Virus record (IMG/VR): IMGVR_UViG_3300045988_115635 | Span: 32,001 to 96,000 of that record | DNA from: a virus | Strand: one strand, 5' to 3' | Length of the DNA stretch: 64,000 bases | Shown here: positions 48,113 through 56,525 of the stretch, in pieces | How the letters are laid out: every line of letters starts with the position of its first letter | Position numbering within the stretch: position 1 is the first letter of the stretch | Translations under genes and position numbers: made by a program | The notes under the pieces: generated by a model | Databases searched by the model: none | What the model was told of the DNA's origin: nothing | The model's input: only the letters and a program-made list of their open reading frames with translations

Positions 48113-49420
48113 TTATTTAAGGTTCTTTTCTATCAATGCGATAACCCTCATTGTGTCAATCTTTCGTGCAAGGCGGTTATGCATTGCAACCCTATAAGCA
48201 AAGCCATTATCAATGTTATAACCCTCAAAGGTGAGGTCACGACCGAAAGATTCATAGTTAAAGTAGCTTTGAAGCGTGTCTGGGTCGAGATTCTCAACAC
48301 CGCCAAAGGCTTCTACTACAGCATAACCCAAATCCTGTTCGTCATTTACATCTTCATAGTATTCAACATCATCAATCTCATTAGCAGCCTGTTCAAAACC
48401 AAGATCATCAATCAAAGTCTGAATAAAGTCTTTGTCATAGCCGCTATTTTCAAAATCAGAAATGTACTCGTTTACCTCATGGGGGTCCATGTACTCAATA
48501 TCAGCACCAGCACCAAAGGTTGTATCAGCAATCATTACTTCTTCGTAAAACTCGCCGTCTGGTCCTTCTTGTGCTCTTTCAATAGCTGCGTCAATATCAC
48601 TGTCAGAAGTAGGCAATGTTACCCACTCACCATTTGTTGGGTCTTCTACCGCTCCAATAAAGATTTCCCAGTCGTCTCCATAAGCAATCTTGCGATTTGC
48701 CCAACGCTTTAGACGTGCTTCACGGTTAAGTCGCAAAGCATTAGAAGGCTTAAAAGTCTTAGCTTCTTTCTTGTAAGAATCAAAAGCCTTACGGTCTAAA
48801 ATCTTGCCTACAGCAAGCATAGCGGTCTTAGAACCCATAGAAGCAAGATGATGCATAACTTCATCATTGAGCTTTGCCTTTAGCTTACGCTCTGCAATAC
48901 GGGTAGCTATCCACTCTGCCTTCTTTACTTCACTTTCATCTTTTCCAAGATCATCTTCTGCCGCCTGATCAAGATCCTTAATTTCAACAGCGGTATCAAA
49001 TGAATCATTATCTTGTGAAATATGCATTGGATTTTCAGGATGTGGCTCACCATGCATAGGCCCATGTGGCCCTTTTTCTCCATGAGGGCCTTTTTTGCAG
49101 TCACAAGCTTTGCGTGAAGCCATTTTCATAGTTTCTTCTCCATTGTGAAGCTTTTCTGCATACGCTAATGCCTCATCAAAAGTGTCAAATTCTTTCCATT
49201 CAAGTGCTCCATAACCTGTCACCCGATAATTGTGTCCTGGTTTTGAGGAATAGGTAAGCTCTTGAATAAATAACTTATCTCCATTTGGACTTGTAAAATA
49301 CCAATCCTTATGAAGCTCACCATCAACATCTTTCTCTACATATTCAAGCCAATCTGGATATGTGTCAGCAAAACGATCCATAGCAGCGTGCATTCTGCTT
49401 ACTTTTCTATTTAACTTCAT
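48113..49420 (-). CDS. hypothetical head-module protein
   Basis: A 435-aa protein with acidic segments. Confidence 0.35.
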   Translation of the reverse strand: MKLNRKVSRMHAAMDRFADTYPDWLEYVEKDVDGELHKDWYFTSPNGDKLFIQELTYSSKPGHNYRVTGYGALEWKEFDTFDEALAYAEKLHNGEETMKMASRKACDCKKGPHGEKGPHGPMHGEPHPENPMHISQDNDSFDTAVEIKDLDQAAEDDLGKDESEVKKAEWIATRIAERKLKAKLNDEVMHHLASMGSKTAMLAVGKILDRKAFDSYKKEAKTFKPSNALRLNREARLKRWANRKIAYGDDWEIFIGAVEDPTNGEWVTLPTSDSDIDAAIERAQEGPDGEFYEEVMIADTTFGAGADIEYMDPHEVNEYISDFENSGYDKDFIQTLIDDLGFEQAANEIDDVEYYEDVNDEQDLGYAVVEAFGGVENLDPDTLQSYFNYESFGRDLTFEGYNIDNGFAYRVAMHNRLARKIDTMRVIALIEKNLK

Positions 49421-49431
49421 ATCTCAATCCC

Positions 49432-50352
49432 CTACTCACCAAAAGTACAACCGCTAAAGTCGAACGTGTAGTTGTTACCATTAGTTTCAGTATCAGCATC
49501 AGACTGATTCTTATACAGGGTTACTTGTGCGGTTGGAGCAGATTCAGATGTTACCCAAATAATAACAATAGCACCTGCGCCGTCTCCCGTTTGACCAAAT
49601 ACTAATTGTTTATCTTCACCGCCCAAGGTGTGACGTGATAAAACAGCACCGTCTGTAGCTTCCATCTTAAATGGTACGTAATAGCCTGTTCTATCCTCTT
49701 CGTGAGAAGAAAAATCGGTCCAATCAGCAATATGGTTAATAGTACCAGTGAAAGAAACAGTAGTACCTTCTTGCTGTGCCTGAATACCAGTAGTCAAAGT
49801 TGATAACTGCTTGCCTGCAAATTCTTCATCAGTAAAGGTTGGTACGGTTACAGTCATAGTTTCTAATACTGGTTCAGGGTCCTGTCCTACAGCGTTGCTT
49901 GGTAAACCTCCTACAACGATTGTTGCAGGCTTTACTTCTAACAACTGACAAACAGCTTCGCCTTCACCGCTACCGATGGTAAGCATACCGCTTTCGTCAG
50001 ATTCAAGAATTACTACCGTGCCAGAAGCTAAAGTAGTCTTTGCAGCGTCCCAGTCAGCAGAAGCATTAATAACTTCACGCTGAACCTCAACCATAGCACC
50101 GCCGCCAAAGGCAAGAACTCCTACAGTTGGTACTTCAAACACATCATAGTTTCTATAGGTTGCAATAAGTCCTAAAGGGGCTTCTTCGCCTGTAGAAAGC
50201 GTTACGCCGTTTTCACCCATGCAAGCAACCATACCAGGCTGAAAGTTTGCGCTTTCGTCTACCTTAAAGTCTCTAAAGGTCGCTTGAGTTTTGGTAAAAA
50301 TCGGCTTTAACGGTCGTACTGTTGGTACGCCATTATTTGAAATAACAGCCAT
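49432..50352 (-). CDS. decoration-like protein, long paralog of 44289..44798
   Basis: It shares an N-terminal ~70-aa segment with the 169-aa protein. The C-terminal half is G/T/E-rich. Confidence 0.4.
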   Translation of the reverse strand: MAVISNNGVPTVRPLKPIFTKTQATFRDFKVDESANFQPGMVACMGENGVTLSTGEEAPLGLIATYRNYDVFEVPTVGVLAFGGGAMVEVQREVINASADWDAAKTTLASGTVVILESDESGMLTIGSGEGEAVCQLLEVKPATIVVGGLPSNAVGQDPEPVLETMTVTVPTFTDEEFAGKQLSTLTTGIQAQQEGTTVSFTGTINHIADWTDFSSHEEDRTGYYVPFKMEATDGAVLSRHTLGGEDKQLVFGQTGDGAGAIVIIWVTSESAPTAQVTLYKNQSDADTETNGNNYTFDFSGCTFGE

Positions 50353-50353
50353 T

Positions 50354-52624
50354 TTACAACTCCTTTAATCCACTTAATTTTAATAAGTTTGCGAGCGATG
50401 CAGACCTTACGCAAACTCTGTTTGCAGCGATTTTGTAATCAATATCTTCTGCATATCCAAATTGAGAAAGATCATCAAAATCAATCGAAGAATCTAACTC
50501 AAATGAACACTTGTAATTGGCGCGTTTTTCTTCTTCATCTTCTTTGCCTTCATTTGCATCTTCCTGAACATCTTCAATATCTTCTTCTTCAGAAAGATCA
50601 TCACGCAAATTATTATTTTCTTGCGCCTTTTCAGTATCAACATCACCAAAACCAGGGGCGTATTCTACGTATTCGCAAACATCGCAATACTGACCGTCAA
50701 AGTCTGGACTGCCACAAATAGGGCAAACTCTGTCGGTATCTTGCATATCAACTTCTTCTGGAATACGTCTCTTATTTACCATGTTATCGGCTGCTTTGTT
50801 AATTTCGTTCATGGTGTTTATGTAATTGATATTATCAGCAACTTCAGCAGCTAGTCGCTCGTCAAGATTGAGTTCGTCATAGAGAAATGATGCAAAATCT
50901 TCCCTGCCACCGTTAGACTTTAAGTAAGCTTCATTTTCTTCAAAAAGGATATAGTGTGGTCCACTAGGGACGTTAATAGTAAATGTATTATCGTTTAAAT
51001 ATCCAATAAGTTCGCAATCCTCGCCGCTTACTGAAAAATCAGAATCAACGAATGCATAGAAGCTAAAGCCAAAATCATAACCTTCATACGATGCGTTAGA
51101 GGTAAGTTCTACGTCATAACATTTCGTACCGTCATACATTTCTTGGTCGGTAACGGTATACTTTGTGTTTTGTACAAGTCCGTCAAATGAGGTTTGCAAA
51201 ATTTCATGAGGTTTAATTAGGTCTACCCATTGAGACTGTTTTTCAAGTCTCTTTGTTCTAGTCATACCTGTTGTAGCAACCTTTGAAAAATCAATTTCTA
51301 ATGCATCTTCAACGTATTCTTGCCATTCTTTATAACAATCATTTACAGCCTGTGAAACCTCTGCAAAGGTCGTGTAATCATCTAAGTCTAATTCATAGGT
51401 ATTATCTTTATAATCATTATCAGTAGAATCATGACCAGATACCCTTACTTTGCAGTAACTAGGAATATCTTCATCATAAAGAATATCGGCTTGCTCACTT
51501 TCTAAGTCGAGTTCGTCCCATTCAATGTAGAAAGTTTCCCAGCTATCAGGTGCATAACTGTAATGAATATCAGGGTTATTAGGAGCATTTGATTCTACGT
51601 AATCTCCTAATTCACCTGTCTGCTCATAAGCAGGCTTCAAGTCAGAATCATCTGGATATTGTTCATCATAAACATCTTCATTTACTATATCGAGAGGACC
51701 GTAATCTTCGTCATATTCGCATTCATCAACAACAGCAACATATTTCTTAGCAGGTGCTTTAAGCGGTCCTGCTTCGTAATAAAGTTCATCATCATGGTAA
51801 CGATCAGCGTAATTCCAAAAATCTTTGATACATTCTTTAGCTTCGTCAAGTGTTTCAAAGTAATCATCGTAGCCTTCTTGGCTAGAAGTAAAGGTTTCTT
51901 CTTCTTTTTCCGTACCGTTGTACTCAATAGTAGAAGGATAAAAGGTAACGGTAAAAACAGTATCTTGATCTTCTTGGGCGTGTTTCTTATTAGCTAACCT
52001 GGACACTTTAGCTTCTTTCTCTACAACTTTTGCGGTCGGGTCTGCTGGGTCATATACCCAAGATTCTTCGAAAAATTGTATGCCGTTGCAAATCTCGTAA
52101 GCATATTCACCATCGTATTTTTCGCTACCTTTTGTTTTGATATGGTTGCAAAAATCCGCTGGGCTTTCTGCAACATTGCCACAAACTGAACAGGTAGTGC
52201 TTTGGCAATTAAGCCCCATAGAAACAGTATCAATTTCACCACTACGGATATAGCCACAAAGTTTAGGAAACGTTTCCTCGTCCATCTCCATAAGAATTTC
52301 TATCCATTTATCGTTTGGGTCTTCTTTGTGATAGCAAGCATCAATAATAAAACCTCTAGCGCGGTCTAAATTACTGTTCTTGTGGTTTACATAAACAGGA
52401 TCGCCGATAAAGGTCTTGTAAGCAGTCTTTAATTCGTCACCTGGCAACATATCCAAGTTAAGATTAGGAACATCAGCAGTACATGCTCGCACAGATACGT
52501 AAAGAAAGCCGTTGCCCCTATCATCGTAATTAAAAGAGCCTAAAGACTTTTTAGCGGCAACTTTGCCTAAAGTCTGTTCAGAACTTACAGCTACAACTTT
52601 TGCATTGCTAACTTTAACGAACAT
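50354..52624 (-). CDS. large head-module protein with Zn-ribbons and long acidic region (possible prohead protease/internal protein; function unknown)
   Basis: A 756-aa protein containing CSVCGNV...CNH and CPICGSPDFDGQYCDVC. A D/E/Y-rich central region runs from about 300 to 450. Confidence 0.35.
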   Translation of the reverse strand: MFVKVSNAKVVAVSSEQTLGKVAAKKSLGSFNYDDRGNGFLYVSVRACTADVPNLNLDMLPGDELKTAYKTFIGDPVYVNHKNSNLDRARGFIIDACYHKEDPNDKWIEILMEMDEETFPKLCGYIRSGEIDTVSMGLNCQSTTCSVCGNVAESPADFCNHIKTKGSEKYDGEYAYEICNGIQFFEESWVYDPADPTAKVVEKEAKVSRLANKKHAQEDQDTVFTVTFYPSTIEYNGTEKEEETFTSSQEGYDDYFETLDEAKECIKDFWNYADRYHDDELYYEAGPLKAPAKKYVAVVDECEYDEDYGPLDIVNEDVYDEQYPDDSDLKPAYEQTGELGDYVESNAPNNPDIHYSYAPDSWETFYIEWDELDLESEQADILYDEDIPSYCKVRVSGHDSTDNDYKDNTYELDLDDYTTFAEVSQAVNDCYKEWQEYVEDALEIDFSKVATTGMTRTKRLEKQSQWVDLIKPHEILQTSFDGLVQNTKYTVTDQEMYDGTKCYDVELTSNASYEGYDFGFSFYAFVDSDFSVSGEDCELIGYLNDNTFTINVPSGPHYILFEENEAYLKSNGGREDFASFLYDELNLDERLAAEVADNINYINTMNEINKAADNMVNKRRIPEEVDMQDTDRVCPICGSPDFDGQYCDVCEYVEYAPGFGDVDTEKAQENNNLRDDLSEEEDIEDVQEDANEGKEDEEEKRANYKCSFELDSSIDFDDLSQFGYAEDIDYKIAANRVCVRSASLANLLKLSGLKEL

Positions 52625-53219
52625 GCCTACCTCTTTTGCTATCTCTTATTGAGATAATTGTACAAACAATTAAAGATATTTCTGTAAATATAATAAAGGT
52701 CATTTTTAAAATAAGAAACAGGGAAAGTTCTTTTGTCCCTATTAAGCCGCCGCTAATTAGCGAAATGATAGCTAATAAGATAATAGAGGTAGCAACAATA
52801 TGAAGATCATCGACTATTGAGTAACGTATGCCCATTACTAAAAGCCCTGCGAAAACAATAAAAGCAGACGGCATAACAATACTATGAGGTGTAAAAGTCA
52901 TGAAAGCACCAATCATAGACGACATAAAAACAAATACCGTCAATAGCATCATATCAACTGTTTTCCAACTTTTATTTGTTGCGCCTTTAAATAAAAGCAC
53001 GCCAGAAAAGCCGTATATAAATAAGCTAGTTAAACGTGCAAAAGGGTTGTAGTCTCCAAAAATACCAACTACACCCGATGATGATGCCATACATAGCAAA
53101 GCAGCCGAAATATAACACATTCGGTTATCATCACACTTTTTGTAGCTTATGATTGATGCGATTAAGAAAAAGGAAAAGAATACGACAAAAGACAAATATA
53201 TATAAAAATTATTATCCAT
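52614..53219 (-). CDS. integral membrane protein (about 6 TM), AT-rich gene
   Basis: Six hydrophobic segments are present. The local GC is clearly lower than in the flanking genes. It overlaps the start of the 756-aa gene by 11 nt. Confidence 0.45.
   Translation of the reverse strand: MDNNFYIYLSFVVFFSFFLIASIISYKKCDDNRMCYISAALLCMASSSGVVGIFGDYNPFARLTSLFIYGFSGVLLFKGATNKSWKTVDMMLLTVFVFMSSMIGAFMTFTPHSIVMPSAFIVFAGLLVMGIRYSIVDDLHIVATSIILLAIISLISGGLIGTKELSLFLILKMTFIIFTEISLIVCTIISIRDSKRGRHVR
52639..52656. promoter_or_regulatory. inverted repeat TATCTC-N5-GAGATA related to intergenic motif core, at 3' end of membrane-protein gene / upstream of 756-aa gene
   Basis: The plus strand reads ctatctcttattgagataa. 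It lies immediately upstream of the RBS AAAGAGGTA of gene 50354..52624. Confidence 0.3.
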
Positions 53220-53587
53220 TATGGTTTCCTCCCCTCGCTCTTATCGTCCCCCTTTTTATTAGTAATGGAAAATTTGTTTTCGAGAGAATTTATGATTTGC
53301 TCCAATATCATAGGAGCAATTATAGCCGATGAAAAAGCGGTCCAAATTGACTGATCTACAATCACGCCAACTGCACCGCCTAATATCAAAGATGATAAGA
53401 AACCAAGATGAATGTACTTAGTACCATCTTCTTTCTTTTCGATGCTTAAAGGCATTTCTAAACAGCCGTCATTTACACAAAGGTCTCTGACAAATGCCCC
53501 GAAAGCACCTGCTAAAAATAAGAAGCAAGCCTGTTCGAAGCTATTTATCTCACTCATGTGTACAAGTGAGTTTATAAGCTCGTCCAA
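53219..53587 (-). CDS. holin-like small membrane protein
   Basis: A 122-aa protein with 2-3 TM segments (LGFLSSLILGGAVGVIV, AFSSAIIAPMIL) and a charged C-terminus KKGDDKSEGRKP. Confidence 0.4.
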   Translation of the reverse strand: MDELINSLVHMSEINSFEQACFLFLAGAFGAFVRDLCVNDGCLEMPLSIEKKEDGTKYIHLGFLSSLILGGAVGVIVDQSIWTAFSSAIIAPMILEQIINSLENKFSITNKKGDDKSEGRKP

Positions 53588-53602
53588 TGCTTGCCTCCTC
53601 TT

Positions 53603-54589
53603 TTAATAAAGGGAGGTGTCTTCTCCCTTAAATCTGTCATGATTCCTTGCAAGATGTCCTAATGCTTCATCTTGCAAGGCTTTTTGTTCTTGCAATGAGA
53701 AAATTCTTGTCGCGCTTTTATTGTATCCATGTTTATTTTTTGTCGCTATCGACAAAGCAGTGCGATGTTCACCATCAGTAACGCACTTAATTTCATCAAA
53801 ATCAATTTCTTCTAAGTTATCGGCAATTTCTTTTTGCATGCTTTCGGGTACGCAAGTTTCAAGAAAATCTACCGCTTCAAGTCTTTCATCTTCATCTAGC
53901 GAATACAACCTTGCTACGGTCGCGTTAAATGCGAGTTCCTTAAAACAATCTGGACAAAGATCATTCATTACATCGCGTTCGCCAAACTTGCCACAGTTTG
54001 AGCAGAACCCTCTATCACTAAAAATTTGCATTGATGCCACCCTATCACCGAAAAATTCTTTACGTGCACGCGCCTTACTTTCTATAAGCGTTGCATATGC
54101 GTGACTACACATACGACCTGTCCACCCGTCTCTACTGCCAAAGCCTGGGTTTCCGTCATGGTATTTTGCCCATTCGCAATCACACAAATAGCCTTGAATC
54201 CACCCGCCGTAGTTAGGTGATTTTGTCCACCCTCTACGTGCAAGAACTACATCGTAAGGACCACCCTTAGATACAGGGAATTTATCAGCTACTTGTGCAC
54301 TCATAACAGTAGCGTCTACTTCATCGCTATCATCTCTTTGTATAACTACACCGCCCGTAGCTACAATAGCTTCTGCTTTTGCTTTTACGTCTGCCCAAGC
54401 AGCGCGTTTTTCGATTGATGATGTTTTATCAAAAGCAACATCAACAACAGACAAAGAGCACTTAGTTATACGATCATCAGGTCGATCATATAAGCATTTT
54501 CCTAGTTTTACTTTTTCAGCTTTGCCGTCATGGTCAATGGTTTGTACGCACTGACCATTTTGGCAAAACATACAGTCACAATTATTCAT
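53603..54589 (-). CDS. SWIM zinc-finger protein, translationally coupled to portal
   Basis: A CxCxnCxH motif is present: YLCDCEWAKYH...GRMCSHAYA. Additional motifs are CxxC (CSNCG) and CPDCF. Its start overlaps the portal stop by 8 nt. Confidence 0.45.
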   Translation of the reverse strand: MNNCDCMFCQNGQCVQTIDHDGKAEKVKLGKCLYDRPDDRITKCSLSVVDVAFDKTSSIEKRAAWADVKAKAEAIVATGGVVIQRDDSDEVDATVMSAQVADKFPVSKGGPYDVVLARRGWTKSPNYGGWIQGYLCDCEWAKYHDGNPGFGSRDGWTGRMCSHAYATLIESKARARKEFFGDRVASMQIFSDRGFCSNCGKFGERDVMNDLCPDCFKELAFNATVARLYSLDEDERLEAVDFLETCVPESMQKEIADNLEEIDFDEIKCVTDGEHRTALSIATKNKHGYNKSATRIFSLQEQKALQDEALGHLARNHDRFKGEDTSLY

Positions 54590-56525
54590 CTTTAGACCTT
54601 ATGCTATTCATACGTTTGCTAAAGTTTGCAACTCTCGTAACAACCATGCCTACATGTTTTTGGTTCCTTAAATCACTGTAGACGTTTTCCTCGGTTACGC
54701 TACCAGCCTTTGGCATATCCTCGCGTCTTTCGTCTGATTCCTCTGGTCTTGCCCCGTCTCCATATTCGTCAGAGTTTTCGTCAGAGTTTTCATCAATATC
54801 ATCAATATCTTCTATATCTGTAGAAGGTTCTTCTTTATCATCAGTCTTAGGAACGATAGCATCAATCAATTCTTTATCGTTTAGCGGTGGTATGCCATCT
54901 TTGATGAATTTAGCAGTATCAGGCGGGACAGGAATACCTTGCTGAATACAAGATTCATAAATAGCCTTGTGTTCTTTAGCCTTCTGAATTTCAGAGTTAA
55001 TTTTTTCTTGTGATGCCTGCTCTGCCGTTGATTGATAATCAATATCAGTACCAGTAAACAAATTCTGACGTGCAACAGGAATACCAGCCTTGTAAAGTTG
55101 CATAAGAAAATCGCGGGTTTTCTCGGTGGTATTAAAGTTAATGGTTTGCATCTTCAATTCGGGGTATAGAAGCTTTGGTACTTCTTTAATTACAAAGCCA
55201 CCTTCACCATCATTAGCACTTTCGTCCCAAACTTCACGCCATTCATTTTTGTCAATCTTTACGCCACCTTTAATATCGTAGTCATAAATTTGATGTGCTT
55301 CTGCAACGAAAGCAGCCCTACGATTATAAAGTTCACATAAACATTTTTGATAACTTCTAAGCATCTGTGATGCTAGTTCAAACTCCATAGCAGACGTTGC
55401 GTAAGGACCACTTGCGGGTTTGAGGATAGAACTAGACAAACCCCATGCCATAAACAAACGATCATCATACATATCAATATCGTTCTTAAAGTTTGCCATT
55501 TTATCCCCGCGGATAACCTCTTGAACATTTACGAACTGATTAGTAATCAATGCTCTAAAGTCAGAACTTAATGCTTGGTCTAATGTTGATCTGAAACTAG
55601 AAATAGCTGCTGGGGTAGGAATGTAAGGTGTACCATCTGCTAAGTTTCCGCCTAAGCTAAACAAAAGCAAAGGTGCATACATTCTATCAGCTGTAGCAAG
55701 CATAGCTGATTGAAGTCTATCCTCTAGTCTAAGGGTATTCCAAGCACGCAAAGCAACGGGTGTACCGTGTAAGTCCCTTACGCTGTCTTTATTGGCTAAA
55801 TGAATGCATCTATCGGGTGATAAGATAATATCTTGACCGCTTCTAATGAGGTCTGCGAACTCTTTGTTTTCGTCTCTAAAGATTTTACCTGCTAAGTCGT
55901 TGCTTGATGCTACTTTTCTAGCGTCTTCACTAGGTACATACTTCAAAAGGTTTTGAGAGGTAAAAGGAATGCTAATAATTTGCATATCTCTGGGGTCGAT
56001 TAGTTCTTCTTCTGTCCAAAGACCTAACTCATCGTCCCAGATGCCATTACAGAAAACCTCGCCGTATTTCCAATACTCACGACCAACATCAATCAAGTAA
56101 TTTTCGTAATCTAGGTCGTCAAAGAAGATTTCACTAAAGAATTCTTCCACATCTTTGTTTTTGCACTCTAAATAAGCACCCGCAACAGGATAGCGTGAGT
56201 AAACCTCCAAACAAGCACGCATAACGGGATTGGTTTTCATAATAACGTCAATACCGTCTAATAAATTGCGCCTTGATTCTTCATCATTATCAATATCAAG
56301 ATAATTGTTGTATCCGTAGCCGCGCGAACCGATTCTTTTTTGCATTGCAGGGTCAAAAACCCTAGGAACAGCATATTGAGAGCCACTATCGGTAAAAGAT
56401 GAATCTTTTTCAAAGCCGCCGCTTGCCAAAGGCTTTGCAGCTTCTACTTTTATTCTCAAACTATCAGCAGTACGCATATTTTTAGTATGCTGTGGTAATC
56501 TTACGCTTGCTTGCTTATTTGCCAT
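54582..56525 (-). CDS. portal protein (putative)
   Basis: A 647-aa protein with an acidic C-terminus, located at the head of the head-morphogenesis gene string. The call is positional and by size. Confidence 0.45.
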   Translation of the reverse strand: MANKQASVRLPQHTKNMRTADSLRIKVEAAKPLASGGFEKDSSFTDSGSQYAVPRVFDPAMQKRIGSRGYGYNNYLDIDNDEESRRNLLDGIDVIMKTNPVMRACLEVYSRYPVAGAYLECKNKDVEEFFSEIFFDDLDYENYLIDVGREYWKYGEVFCNGIWDDELGLWTEEELIDPRDMQIISIPFTSQNLLKYVPSEDARKVASSNDLAGKIFRDENKEFADLIRSGQDIILSPDRCIHLANKDSVRDLHGTPVALRAWNTLRLEDRLQSAMLATADRMYAPLLLFSLGGNLADGTPYIPTPAAISSFRSTLDQALSSDFRALITNQFVNVQEVIRGDKMANFKNDIDMYDDRLFMAWGLSSSILKPASGPYATSAMEFELASQMLRSYQKCLCELYNRRAAFVAEAHQIYDYDIKGGVKIDKNEWREVWDESANDGEGGFVIKEVPKLLYPELKMQTINFNTTEKTRDFLMQLYKAGIPVARQNLFTGTDIDYQSTAEQASQEKINSEIQKAKEHKAIYESCIQQGIPVPPDTAKFIKDGIPPLNDKELIDAIVPKTDDKEEPSTDIEDIDDIDENSDENSDEYGDGARPEESDERREDMPKAGSVTEENVYSDLRNQKHVGMVVTRVANFSKRMNSIRSKDE

